From assembly GCA_965223325.1 (NCBI GenBank), contig CBDCWI010000002.1:2560001-2624000 (forward strand): DNA of 64,000 nt. Reading direction: 5' to 3'. Within the stretch, counting starts at the first letter, position 1. Each line of letters starts with the position of its first letter. A program made the translations under genes and the position numbers. Origin of the DNA: Candidatus Multivoradales bacterium (lineage in GTDB: Bacteria; Acidobacteriota; Thermoanaerobaculia; Multivoradales; Multivoraceae). Shown in pieces: positions 37,436 through 46,806 of the stretch. The notes below the pieces were generated by a model that saw only the letters and a program-made list of their open reading frames with translations, did no database searches and was not told the DNA's origin.

Positions 37436-39838
37436 CTACCTGAGCACGACGACGATCGTGCGTCGCTCGACCTGCGCTTCGGGGCTCACCACGACTGTGA
37501 AGGCGCTCTTGCGCCCCGCGTTGTCGACCAGCTCGAAGCTGTACGTGCCTGGCGAGAGTTCGAGCCACTTGTCTCGCCCCGAGAACTGCCCGGCCTTGCC
37601 GCGCTCCTGGCCGTCGACGAGCACCCGCGCACGGCGCGGCGCGTGCGCGAACGAGACCGCCTTCTGCACCTTGTAGACCTTGCGGCCTGTTGCATCGGTA
37701 GAGACCCCGGTCGGGACCTCGTTGGTACTCGAAGGCACGGCCTCTGGCAGTTGGTGACGAACGACCCGGACGCTACGCCCCTCCTGGGCGTTGATCAGAG
37801 CGACCTGACTGCGCCGACCTGGCGCCTCGAACCGCACCCAGTACTCGCCGGCCTCCTGCAGGCGATGTGAGGCGCCCCCGAAGGCAAAGGTGTCGGCACG
37901 GCCAACGTCCTGCCACCCGGTGGTCCTGGAGCGGATCGAGACCCGGGCGTCCCGCGGCTCCACGTCGAAATGGAGCGCCAGTCCCGAGTCGAGACTGAGG
38001 TGAACCGGACCGGCGTAGGGACCTGTCGCGGCGGGGACTGTCGTCGTCCTCGGAATCGTCGTCGTGGAAACGACCGGCGGCTTCGCTCGTTCGCGCTCGC
38101 TCGGGAGAGCTGAGCCGTCGGTAGACCCACCTCCATTGCTCGACGACCCGGGGTCTACCTGAGCGACATCGTTCTCGTTTCGGCGACCCTTTTCGCCGGA
38201 GGTGCGCGAGCTGTCGTCAGAGTCCGGCGGCGGATCGAGCTGTGCGGTCACCGGTGGCAGGTCGCGCACCGCGTCTCCTGAGCCTTCGGAGGATCCGCCT
38301 TCTACTCCACCGTCGGGAAGGGCGGCTGATCCGGCACCTGGAACAGCATCGGCCACGTCCTCGTTTGGCGGACGATCGCCAGCATCCTGCACCGGCGGCC
38401 CGGGAACCTCCACCTCAGGACGCGACGCACGGTAGATCCCGAAGGCCATCAAGGCGAGAAGGGCAGCGCCCACCGCGGCAAACAAGAGACCGCGCCCCCT
38501 CCCATCAGGCGCTCTCGCCGCTCCGCGCAGGCCCTGGGCAACGACGGGTTGCGGTGCAGGCTTCTGGTTGAGCTTCTGGGCGCGGCCAGCGGGCGCCGTC
38601 GTGGCCACCGGATCACGGGTTTTCATGTCCCTTGCGGCGCCACCCCTCGTCACCCGTGGGCGAGACGCCGGCTTGCCCGGAGGCGGCATCGGGGCGGTGC
38701 GTGGCTGCTCGGCGAAGTCCGACGCCGACGAAGAACCCGCCGGTCCCGCCGCGCTTGGCCTCTCGGTCACATCGGGCTTCTCGCGAGCAGCCGGCGGCCG
38801 CGGCGTCGGCAGCGGCGCGGTCGGTGGGATCGGCGAGCCATCTGACGCTGGTGGAGGCGCCGCCGGCGGTGAGTTCCCGGCAGCGGCCTCCGGAGATGAT
38901 GACGACGACGATTGCGAGTCTGCTCCGACGTCCGCCTGAATCGTCGGCATGAAGAGGCTGCCGGTGGCCTCGGCGTTGAGCAGCTTGCGCGGGAGCCGGG
39001 CTTCGAGCTCCCGCACCGCCTGGACCAGTTCGTCGCAGGTCTCGTAGCGGTCGGTGCGCTTCTTGGCCATCATCTTCGACACCAGGGTGACGACGTTGGC
39101 CGGCAGGTCAGGGCGTCGTTCCGTTACCGGGCGCGGGTCGACGTTGAGGATCTGGTAGACCAGCGTGGTAATCGTGTCGGCCTCGAAGGCGCGCTCACCC
39201 GTCAGGATCTCGTACAGCACCGCTCCGAGCGAGAACTGGTCGGTGCGACCGTCCAGAGCATCACCCCTCACCTGCTCCGGTGACATGTACTGCGGCGAGC
39301 CAATGACCGCACCGGTCGTCGTCAAGTCGGTTCGCTGCCCCGAGATCTTGGCAACGCCGAAGTCACCCACCTTGGCATCCCCATCGCTGGTCAGGAGAAT
39401 GTTGCCGGGCTTGATGTCACGATGGACAATCTGGTGGCGATGCGCAGCCGCCAGCGCCGATGCCGTCTGGCGAACGATACGTAGCGCCTCAGCCAGCGAA
39501 AGTGGCGGCAGCCGGCGCAACCGTGAACGAAGATCACGCCCCTCGACATACTCGAACGCCAGATACACGAGATCGTCTTCTTCACCAGCGTCGAACAGGG
39601 TGACGACGTGCGGGTGCATGAGACGCCCGGCCGCGCGCGCCTCGCGCAGCATGCGGTGCTTGCGCTCGAGCGCCTTCTCATCGTCATCGTCGAGCACCAC
39701 GGTCTTGATGGCGACCCGCCGCTCGATCTGGGGGTCCTCGGCGAGATACACCTCTCCCATCGCACCACGACCCAGGCGAGCCAGCACCCGGTAGCGGCCG
39801 AGAATGGTCCCTGGTTTGAGGCGTTCTGTAGAGCTCAA
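37436..39838 (-). CDS. Ser/Thr protein kinase, TM segment, C-terminal PEGA-like domains
   Basis: LGRGAMGEVY, VAIK, HRDIKPGN, DFG, YMSPEQ; Pro-rich linker; TM helix. Confidence 0.92.
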   Translation of the reverse strand: MSSTERLKPGTILGRYRVLARLGRGAMGEVYLAEDPQIERRVAIKTVVLDDDDEKALERKHRMLREARAAGRLMHPHVVTLFDAGEEDDLVYLAFEYVEGRDLRSRLRRLPPLSLAEALRIVRQTASALAAAHRHQIVHRDIKPGNILLTSDGDAKVGDFGVAKISGQRTDLTTTGAVIGSPQYMSPEQVRGDALDGRTDQFSLGAVLYEILTGERAFEADTITTLVYQILNVDPRPVTERRPDLPANVVTLVSKMMAKKRTDRYETCDELVQAVRELEARLPRKLLNAEATGSLFMPTIQADVGADSQSSSSSSPEAAAGNSPPAAPPPASDGSPIPPTAPLPTPRPPAAREKPDVTERPSAAGPAGSSSASDFAEQPRTAPMPPPGKPASRPRVTRGGAARDMKTRDPVATTAPAGRAQKLNQKPAPQPVVAQGLRGAARAPDGRGRGLLFAAVGAALLALMAFGIYRASRPEVEVPGPPVQDAGDRPPNEDVADAVPGAGSAALPDGGVEGGSSEGSGDAVRDLPPVTAQLDPPPDSDDSSRTSGEKGRRNENDVAQVDPGSSSNGGGSTDGSALPSERERAKPPVVSTTTIPRTTTVPAATGPYAGPVHLSLDSGLALHFDVEPRDARVSIRSRTTGWQDVGRADTFAFGGASHRLQEAGEYWVRFEAPGRRSQVALINAQEGRSVRVVRHQLPEAVPSSTNEVPTGVSTDATGRKVYKVQKAVSFAHAPRRARVLVDGQERGKAGQFSGRDKWLELSPGTYSFELVDNAGRKSAFTVVVSPEAQVERRTIVVVLR

Positions 39839-39909
39839 AGCTTCTGTTCTCGGATCAGGGGGTCAACACTGTGCGATGGGCCGGTCCCAACTCGGCCCCA
39901 CCGCTCGCA

Positions 39910-40170
39910 TCACGCGGTTTCGGAATCGTCCTTGCGAGCGGGCGCTTCATCGGCGGCTTCGGCCGCCAGCTCTTCCAGCAGTTTTTGTGCCTCTTCGATC
40001 TGATGGCTCTGAACGCGGATGAGAATCTGCGCCATGTTGCCGACGTTGACTGGTTCTGCGGAGAAGGCGCGCGACTCGATCTCCACCTCTATCCCAGAAC
40101 TCTCGAGCGACCCCTCAATGAGAGCAGCCTCGGCCATGTTCGTAACGACCCTGAGTGTCTCCCAGCTCAT
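39910..40170 (-). CDS. DUF2007-like small protein
   Basis: EAALIEGSLESSGIEV...ILIRVQSHQIEEAQKLL pattern. Confidence 0.7.
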   Translation of the reverse strand: MSWETLRVVTNMAEAALIEGSLESSGIEVEIESRAFSAEPVNVGNMAQILIRVQSHQIEEAQKLLEELAAEAADEAPARKDDSETA

Positions 40171-40256
40171 ATGGAGCTTCCTTTCTGATTGTCGCCAGGC
40201 AGCGTGACGGCCCGGCCTCTGAATCCTATGCGAGCTGCAGCCGCCCGGCCCGGCGC

Positions 40257-41063
40257 TCAGTGGGTCGAGCGCCCATGCACGAACCGTTCTGCGGTGAGGA
40301 ACTCGCCTTCGTCGTCACTCCACATCAAGGACTCGAGCGCGAAAGCCGTCTCCTCGACCTCGATCCACCAGCCTGAACAGCGGCCCTCTTCGTGATTGCG
40401 ACCGCGGCTCGAGGTGGTCGTACCGGACTGCAACAGCAGAATCGGCGGGTCGACCTGCGGCCACTGCTCCTCAGTCGTCGTCCTGTGGAGCTGATGGAGA
40501 TGACCGCTGAGAATGAGCTCGACGCCAGCCGCGGCGAGGCGCTCGAGGGCATAAGACGAGCCACGAGTCGCGGGATCGCGGTCGTAGCCCGGAACCCTCA
40601 CCACCGGATGGTGCGTGACGACGATGCGCGTCGCGCCGGCAGAGAGAGCGGCGAGGCGCTCGCAGGCACGGTCGACTTGAGCACGGCGCAGGCGGCCGTG
40701 CTTGATGGTCAGGTTGTGGGCACTGTTCAACCCGACGATCGCGAGATCGCCGACGAGCAACTCCGGCTCGATGATCTCACCGAAGCTCTTTCGCCAAATC
40801 CAGAACGGGGCGAAGGCGCGCTCCCAGACGCGGTACATGGGCACATCGTGGTTGCCGGGAACAGCGATCCAGGGCACTGGCATCGCATCGAGGTACTCGC
40901 GAGCCTGTCTGAACTGGTAGGCCTTGGCTCGCTGCGTCAGGTCACCAGAGACCACCAGTACGTCGGGACGCCGAGCCTCTACCAGGCGCATGAGCCCCGC
41001 CCCGACAACCGGGCGGTGCGGCGGGCCGAAGTGGATGTCTGAGACGTGGAGAATGGTCGACAC
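40257..41063 (-). CDS. metallophosphoesterase (CpdA-like)
   Basis: DIHFG, GDLT, GNHD, HH, GHLH motifs. Start approximate. Confidence 0.9.
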   Translation of the reverse strand: MSTILHVSDIHFGPPHRPVVGAGLMRLVEARRPDVLVVSGDLTQRAKAYQFRQAREYLDAMPVPWIAVPGNHDVPMYRVWERAFAPFWIWRKSFGEIIEPELLVGDLAIVGLNSAHNLTIKHGRLRRAQVDRACERLAALSAGATRIVVTHHPVVRVPGYDRDPATRGSSYALERLAAAGVELILSGHLHQLHRTTTEEQWPQVDPPILLLQSGTTTSSRGRNHEEGRCSGWWIEVEETAFALESLMWSDDEGEFLTAERFVHGRSTH

Positions 41064-41147
41064 ACAGAATTCCCTACGGCTCGTGCACACTGTGGCGTCG
41101 CTTCGGCACCTCAACGAGCAAGAAGCAGCCTCGTTCTCGAGGTGGCG

Positions 41148-41417
41148 TCAGCGCGACCCTCGATCGAAGCCAGTGACGGCTTCGCCGACGCGCTCGGCCA
41201 GCGAGTCGGTCGCCAGTGAAAGCAACGACGTGCCGTGGTTGCGACCGACGACGAAACCGAAGGTCGCCGATGCGATCAGTGCCGGAACGGGATAGCGCCG
41301 CACCAGGGAGACCCAATCGAAACGGTCGTCGACGAGTTGGCTCACGAGGCGTTCCTCGATTGCCTCCTCTTCGTCGTGACTGAAGCGGTTGGCGCGCTCT
41401 CTCCAACTCTCGGCCAT
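41148..41417 (-). CDS. hypothetical protein with C-terminal membrane anchor
   Basis: VRRYPVPALIASATFGFVVGR resembles a DUF883-type tail; follows the DUF883 gene. Confidence 0.65.
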   Translation of the reverse strand: MAESWRERANRFSHDEEEAIEERLVSQLVDDRFDWVSLVRRYPVPALIASATFGFVVGRNHGTSLLSLATDSLAERVGEAVTGFDRGSR

Positions 41418-41430
41418 CGCCTGGGCCTTC

Positions 41431-41784
41431 CTACCGTCGGCCGGCGGAACGGATCAGGAGACCGAGCGCAAAACCGACACCAGCAGCAACCAGGACCGAT
41501 CGCCCGGGATTGTCGCGAACATAGGTGTTGACGTCGCCACTCAACTGGTCGAGGTCCTTCTTGGCCTTGTCGTAACCACTGCGCAGCCCTTCGCGCGCGT
41601 CACCGTACTTGTCGCGCGCAAAGGTGCTTGCCTTCTCGGCCCGGGCTTTGGTTTCTTCGCGCACCGTCGATACCTTCTGGCCTACGCGGCCTTTGACCTC
41701 GCCGGCCAGGTTGGAAACGGACTTCTTGACTTCGTCGACTGTCGCTGTGAGATCGGCCTTCGCCGCTTCGACGTTCTCGGACAT
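41431..41784 (-). CDS. DUF883 (ElaB/YqjD-like) tail-anchored protein
   Basis: Coiled-coil body, then YVRDNPGRSVLVAAGVGFALGLLIR. Confidence 0.85.
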   Translation of the reverse strand: MSENVEAAKADLTATVDEVKKSVSNLAGEVKGRVGQKVSTVREETKARAEKASTFARDKYGDAREGLRSGYDKAKKDLDQLSGDVNTYVRDNPGRSVLVAAGVGFALGLLIRSAGRR

Positions 41785-41965
41785 GCTTTGACTCCGATTT
41801 CTTGGTTGAACTGCGGACAGAGGTGAGACCGCTTCGCCGTCGTGCCTCGTGTCCAGTGACCCTTGATGATATCCGGAAGCCGGGGTGTCGTGATGACCAT
41901 GCTGCGGGGACCGGCGCCGTCTCCCGAAGCTGCCAGATCGTGACGCGCGCTGCGGTATCAGGCCT

Positions 41966-42499
41966 TCAAGCTATCCAGGTTCTGCCACCTGCAATCGACA
42001 CCACCTCGTACTCCGGCCCGGGGCCGAAACAGACCTCCCACCCTCCACCGTCGCCGCAGGTCGGTCCGGCAACACACCCGAACTCGATCGAGAAGGCCTC
42101 CTCGCTCGAGCGCTTGACCCCGAGCGAATAGCAGCAGCGCCGCCCGGCCTCGCGGAGAAACAGGCTCTTCGGGGTCGCCCCGCCATCGAGCGCCTCCTGC
42201 GCCAACCTCGTCGCGACACAACCGACAGCGCCTCTGGACTCGTCGCTCAGCGCGCGAAGGAAGCTCCGGAACCGCACTTCAGACAGCCGGAGCAGGGCCT
42301 GATAGCTCCCTTCGTCCAGACCAGACGGTATGGCTGCTCTTGTCTCGCGGCAATACGGATACTCGCTACAGCCGAGGAACGGACCGTTCCGACCCTTGCG
42401 CCGAACCAGCGTACCCGGGCACCCGGCTCTCGGACACGGGGTGTTCGGCAGCGCACCGCGCGGCTCGAGCGGCGTTGAATCGTCATCGGGGCGCCACAT
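41966..42499 (-). CDS. topoisomerase-type C4 zinc-finger protein with unknown C-terminal domain
   Basis: CPRAGCPGTLVRRKGRNGPFLGCSEYPYC; ATG at 42499. Confidence 0.65.
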   Translation of the reverse strand: MWRPDDDSTPLEPRGALPNTPCPRAGCPGTLVRRKGRNGPFLGCSEYPYCRETRAAIPSGLDEGSYQALLRLSEVRFRSFLRALSDESRGAVGCVATRLAQEALDGGATPKSLFLREAGRRCCYSLGVKRSSEEAFSIEFGCVAGPTCGDGGGWEVCFGPGPEYEVVSIAGGRTWIA

Positions 42500-42515
42500 C
42501 GTTCCAGGTCGTCCT

Positions 42516-42547
42516 GAGGGAACCTCGCGTCGGGCGAGTGAAATGGT
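42516..42547. repeat. 32-bp direct repeat, copy 1 (att-like)
   Basis: gagggaacctcgcgtcgggcgagtgaaatggt; 31/32 identical to 44297-44328. Confidence 0.9.
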
Positions 42548-42739
42548 CGACCAACTCACTCAGAGTTCGAACACCGCTGGAGATCGAACACCCATTGATG
42601 GGCTCGGCCTTCTGCGTTCAGCCGTGCCGTTCGGCGAAGGCGTGCATCAAAGAATGACTTTACTACTGTTGAGAGGAGGCCTCTGCCGTCTCGGCAGCCT
42701 GATCTCGCGCTGAGTGTCGCCTCGCGCCCTCCCTAGAGA

Positions 42740-42774
42740 TTGCACAAAACTAAAAAATGACTTAAGGTTTGTGC
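42740..42774 (+). promoter_or_regulatory. sigma-70 promoter with overlapping inverted-repeat operator for abiEi
   Basis: TTGCAC(42740)-N17-TAAGGT(42763); inverted repeat GCACAAA(42742)...TTTGTGC(42768); locally AT-rich. Confidence 0.6.
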
Positions 42775-42777
42775 GAG

Positions 42778-43368
42778 ATGGTTGAAGGCGAAAAAACACT
42801 GGACACGCCGGATTGGGACGCCCTCTTCGACGTTGCACAGGCCCAGGCGGGCTACTTCACGACGAAGCAAGCAGCCCATGCAGGCTACTCTCCGCAGCTC
42901 CTGGCCTACTATCGAAACAACAGGGTCGAGCGGGTCCGGCGGGGGATCTACCGCCTCGTCCACTTCCCAGCCTCCGACCGCGAAGACCTTGTCGTCCTCT
43001 GGCTCTGGAGCGAACAGGAAGGAGTCTTCTCGCACGATACGGCACTGGCCCTCCACGATCTCTCGGACATCCTCCCGAGCCGGGTTCACCTGACGCTTCC
43101 AGCGGGGTGGCGCCGCAGGCGCCTCCGCGTGCCCACGGGGCTTGTGCTGTATTTCTCCGACATCGGCGACGGGGATCGTTCGAGCTTCGACGCAGTGCCC
43201 GTGACTCGACCGCGGCGGACTCTAGAGGACTGCATCGAGGCGCACGTCGAGCCGAGGCTCGTCGAGCAGGCAATCCGCCAAGCGCGGCAGCGCGGGCTTG
43301 TTTCGGCGAGGGAGGAGACCCGGCTCCGAGGCGAGCTGACGGGAGTAGGCGAGGCCACGGCGCCATGA
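42778..43368 (+). CDS. abiEi: type IV TA antitoxin, AbiEi family
   Basis: QAGYFTTKQA, RVRRGIYRL, FSHDTALALHDL, VPVTRPRRTLEDC. Confidence 0.88.
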   Translation: MVEGEKTLDTPDWDALFDVAQAQAGYFTTKQAAHAGYSPQLLAYYRNNRVERVRRGIYRLVHFPASDREDLVVLWLWSEQEGVFSHDTALALHDLSDILPSRVHLTLPAGWRRRRLRVPTGLVLYFSDIGDGDRSSFDAVPVTRPRRTLEDCIEAHVEPRLVEQAIRQARQRGLVSAREETRLRGELTGVGEATAP

Positions 43369-44265
43369 CGATCCGTCGGTACACCACGGCGCGGGCCTTC
43401 AAACAGGCTCTGGAGGACCGGCTCAAGGCCTCGTCGACGAGCGGCGCGGACTTCGCGCGCCGTCGCCAGCTTCTCGTGTTCGAACGATTCCTCGCCCCGC
43501 GTTGCCCAGGTAGCCGGCGACGCTGTGACACTCAAAGGTGGACTCGTGCTCGAGCTCCGTCTCGCGCGAGCGCGAACCACGAAGGACGTGGATCTGAGGA
43601 TGATGGGCTCGTCGAGTGAGGTTCTTGCCGGACTGCAAGAGGCCGGCCGGCTCGACCTCGGCGACGAGATGCTCTTCGGAGTTCAGCCCGACGAGCGGCA
43701 CCCCGAGATGCGGAACGACGGAATGCGCTACGAGGGATACCGGTACCGCGCTGAGTGCCGACTCGCCGGACAGGTGTACGGGCGACCCTTCGGCGTCGAC
43801 GTGGCGTTCGGTGACCCTCTGGTCGATGAGCCGGACATCGTCGTCGCGGAGAACACCCTCGGCTTTGCCGGAATCGCCCCACCGACCCTGCGTCTCTATC
43901 CTGTCGTCTCGCACATCGCCGAGAAGCTCCACGCACTCACGATGCCCCGTTCGCGGCCCAACTCGCGAGTTCGTGATCTCCCGGACCTCGCGCTGCTAGC
44001 TACGACTGGATCGATTGACGGGGAACTCGTTCGACGAGCAATCGAGACGACCTTCGAGTTCAGGGACACACATGGGGTTCCGGCCGCGATCCCGATGCCT
44101 GCGGAGTCTTGGGAGGCTCCGTATGCGGCGATGGCGACGGGGGAGCAGCTGCCTTGGGCAACGCTCCAGAAGGTCACAGAGGCGGTCTCGCTCTTTCTGG
44201 ATCCCATACTGCGGCCCGACAACGATCTGGGTTCTTGGGAGCCCTCCCAGTGGCGCTGGCGATGA
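43365..44265 (+). pseudogene. abiEii: type IV TA toxin, AbiEii nucleotidyltransferase, +1 frameshift (or a sequencing error)
   Basis: ATG 43365 (AFKQALEDRL...FERFLA) joins LKGGLVLELR..RTTKDVDL..IAEKLHA..SRVRDLPD if one C is removed from the C4 run 43495-43498, giving 299 aa. Confidence 0.8.
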
Positions 44266-44296
44266 CCACGTCCGCCCGTCGTTCTTCAACAACCTG

Positions 44297-44328
44297 GAGG
44301 GAACCTCGCGTCGGGCGAGTGGAATGGT
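44297..44328. repeat. 32-bp direct repeat, copy 2 (overlaps tRNA 3' ACCA)
   Basis: gagggaacctcgcgtcgggcgagtggaatggt. Confidence 0.9.
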
Positions 44329-44400
44329 GGAGCAGAAGGGACTTGAACCCTCGACCCCCACGTTGCGAACGTGGTGCTCTCCCAGCTGAGCTACTGCCCC
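44325..44400 (-). tRNA. tRNA-Ala(CGC)
   Basis: GGGGCAG...CTGCTCC-A-CCA acceptor with G3:U70; anticodon arm CCACG-TT-CGC-AA-CGTGG; T-loop TTCAAGT; 76 nt. Confidence 0.97.
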
Positions 44401-44474
44401 ACAGGCGAGGGCGCATGTTAGCAGCTCCACCAACCCTCTGACTCGCGTGTGCGGTCAGCTATTCGGGCGGCGGT

Positions 44475-45329
44475 TCAGGGCGGCGGTTCAGACTGACCGC
44501 CGCGCAGCATCTCTTCGAATCGCACCGGCTCGACCCGTCGCCGCTTCATTCCCTGGCTGGTCTTGGTCATCACCACGAGGTCCTGAACGGTTCCGCCGAC
44601 CGGCGCGACGATCGTGCCACCAACCGCCAGCTGGTCCATCAACGGGTCTGGAATCTTCTTCGGCGCCGCACTCATGACAATGGCGTCAAACGGCGCCGCC
44701 TCCGGCCAACCGTTATAGCCGTCGGCAGTGCGCACCTGAACGTTGGAGTACTGCAGCCGTGCGAGCGTGGCGCGCGCCTCGGCCGCCAGATCCGGCCGAA
44801 TCTCAATGCTGTAGACCTCTTTTGCGATACGCGACAGGATCGCGGTGTGGTACCCCGAGCCGGTGCCGATTTCGAGCACCTTCTCGTCGCTCGAAAGTTC
44901 GAGCAGTTCGGTCATTCGCGCCACGATGTAGGGCTGTGAAACCGTCTGGCCGTGAGCGATGCGATCGGGAACGTCATCGTAGGCCGCGGCGCGTGCATCC
45001 TCCGGCAGGAACTCGTGACGGGGTACCGTCCGCAACGCATCGAGCACCGCTGGCCCATCGATTCCTCGCATCGCCAGGTCATCAACCATCACCGAGCGCT
45101 GCTCACTCCAAGAGTCTTGCGCCACCAGCGGCAGCGTACCGAGCGCGAGGGCGCTACAGACCATCACGAGCAAGACCGCAAACCGGCAGGCACCATCGTC
45201 CAGGCCAAGCGTTCGAAGACGCGACACGCTAAACGAGGCTCTGGGTTGGTTGACCAACGGCGACTCCGATCGGGAGGAGGGCAATGGGCTTCGGGCCGCT
45301 CGAGACAAACGACGGCTCCAGCGCATCAT
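44475..45329 (-). CDS. pcm: protein-L-isoaspartate O-methyltransferase, possibly exported
   Basis: VPRHEF, GQTVSQPYIVARM, LEIGTGSGYH, DGYNGWPEAAPFDAI. Start uncertain (45164 or 45329); signal-like hydrophobic stretch. Confidence 0.9.
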   Translation of the reverse strand: MMRWSRRLSRAARSPLPSSRSESPLVNQPRASFSVSRLRTLGLDDGACRFAVLLVMVCSALALGTLPLVAQDSWSEQRSVMVDDLAMRGIDGPAVLDALRTVPRHEFLPEDARAAAYDDVPDRIAHGQTVSQPYIVARMTELLELSSDEKVLEIGTGSGYHTAILSRIAKEVYSIEIRPDLAAEARATLARLQYSNVQVRTADGYNGWPEAAPFDAIVMSAAPKKIPDPLMDQLAVGGTIVAPVGGTVQDLVVMTKTSQGMKRRRVEPVRFEEMLRGGQSEPPP

Positions 45330-45435
45330 AACCACCCGCTGCTCCCGGTCATTCCCGCCGTCGCTCGATCCAGTCGATTCCCACTCATCCGCGCGGGCAT
45401 ACCGTAGGCCAATGAGAACGCTTAGACTGAGCCCA

Positions 45436-46794
45436 ATGCGTGAGGAGAATCCAGCCAGGAAGCGTTCGCCGCTCACTCCCCTGGCCGAAGCCTCCGAGAT
45501 CACAGCCAGCGCGATCGAGGAGTCAGTTGCTGACGAGACCGAAATCCTTTGGCTCGAGAACCTCACTCGCTCCATCGCCCTGGGGCTCGACCAGTCTCGG
45601 CGCGCCGACCGCGTCGCACGCTCCGCCACGGTTCGCGTCCGTCAGGGTGGTCGCAATGGTTCCTACCGTATCGGTCGGCCCGAAAGGGGAATGGTGGCTC
45701 TCGCCATCAGGCACGCCATCGCCGACGCGCATCTCAGTGCGCCGGTCCACTCACCGCCGCTACCCGGGCCCGATGAGCCGGAGCCTCGGTCACGTGCCCC
45801 TTACGATCGCGACCTCGCCCTGCTCACCGATCGAGGCGCACGGGCGCTGCTTTCCGCGCACGCTCTGACCGACGAAGCGGCGATCCTCGATTGGTGCGAG
45901 GGCACGGTCATCGTGCACAACAGCCACGGTCTGATGCGACGGGCCCGCACTACGGCCGTGACCGTGCAGGTGAGGTCGGGCGCCGGGCCGAGCGGCGCGG
46001 GGTTCTTTGTGCAGTCGGCGCGCCGTCTCGAGGACCTCGACATCGCGCATGCGTTCGAGCGCGCCCGCCGACGGCGGGCAAGAGGCACGACAACCGCTCC
46101 TCCACCGGCCCGTGACATCCCGCTCCTGCTCTCGGCCGAGGCAACGATCGAGCTCGTCAACCAGCTCGAGTTTCATGCCTTATCCGGGCGCGCCTACCGT
46201 CGCGGCACTTCGTTTCTACGCGAGCACCTGGGGGTTCAGGTCTTCGACCGCCACTTCAGCCTCCTCGACGACGGCACGGATCCGCGTGCGATGCCCTTCC
46301 CCTTCGATCTCGAGGGCCGTACCAAGCGACCGGTGGCGCTGGTCAAGACCGGCGTACCCAAGACACCGACCGTCGACACCCGCACTGCCTGGGAGTTGGG
46401 AATCGAGCCCACGGGTCATTGTGCCGGCGCCGAAGAAGGTCGTGGGTTGAATCTCTTCATGGCACCCGGCGAGCTTGGCCGCCAGGAACTGCTGCATCTG
46501 GCCGACGGGGGACTGTGGATCGGGCGCCTCGAGGAGGTCGAAGTTTTTGACCCCGGCCGCATGACGCTACGCGCTCACTGCCGCGGCGTGCGCAGGATCG
46601 AGAACGGCTCGATCGGTCCTGGAGTCGGCGAGTGCATCTGGGAGGACAGCTTGCTGCGCGTGTTCTCGAACCTGCTCGGAGTGGGCCGCGACCCGGTGGT
46701 TCGCGTCAGCCACGACGGTCTGCTCGGTGGTCTCTCCGCACCACCGGTCGTCATTGGCGAGGCGGCAGCACTGACCGTCCGATGCGCCGGCTAG
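45436..46794 (+). CDS. TldD/PmbA family protein (PmbA/TldE-like, no HExxxH)
   Basis: NSHGL, LLDDGTDP..PFDLEG, PTGH, RIENG..WEDS..FSN C-terminal motifs. Start approximate. Confidence 0.75.
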   Translation: MREENPARKRSPLTPLAEASEITASAIEESVADETEILWLENLTRSIALGLDQSRRADRVARSATVRVRQGGRNGSYRIGRPERGMVALAIRHAIADAHLSAPVHSPPLPGPDEPEPRSRAPYDRDLALLTDRGARALLSAHALTDEAAILDWCEGTVIVHNSHGLMRRARTTAVTVQVRSGAGPSGAGFFVQSARRLEDLDIAHAFERARRRRARGTTTAPPPARDIPLLLSAEATIELVNQLEFHALSGRAYRRGTSFLREHLGVQVFDRHFSLLDDGTDPRAMPFPFDLEGRTKRPVALVKTGVPKTPTVDTRTAWELGIEPTGHCAGAEEGRGLNLFMAPGELGRQELLHLADGGLWIGRLEEVEVFDPGRMTLRAHCRGVRRIENGSIGPGVGECIWEDSLLRVFSNLLGVGRDPVVRVSHDGLLGGLSAPPVVIGEAAALTVRCAG

Positions 46795-46806
46795 GCCGTC
46801 GGGCGC

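Larger units (their letters stand above)
42516..44328. mobile_element. integrase-less islet at tRNA-Ala carrying AbiE type IV toxin-antitoxin
   Basis: Flanked by the 32-bp direct repeat, whose second copy overlaps the tRNA ACCA end. Cargo is abiEi/abiEii. Confidence 0.7.

Noticed and set aside
42548-42580. Second tRNA or tRNA fragment (GTTCGAAC...ACCA on minus strand)
   Set aside because: Spacing from T-loop to CCA is 21 nt rather than 16 and there is no T-stem pairing; treated as an att-like junction.
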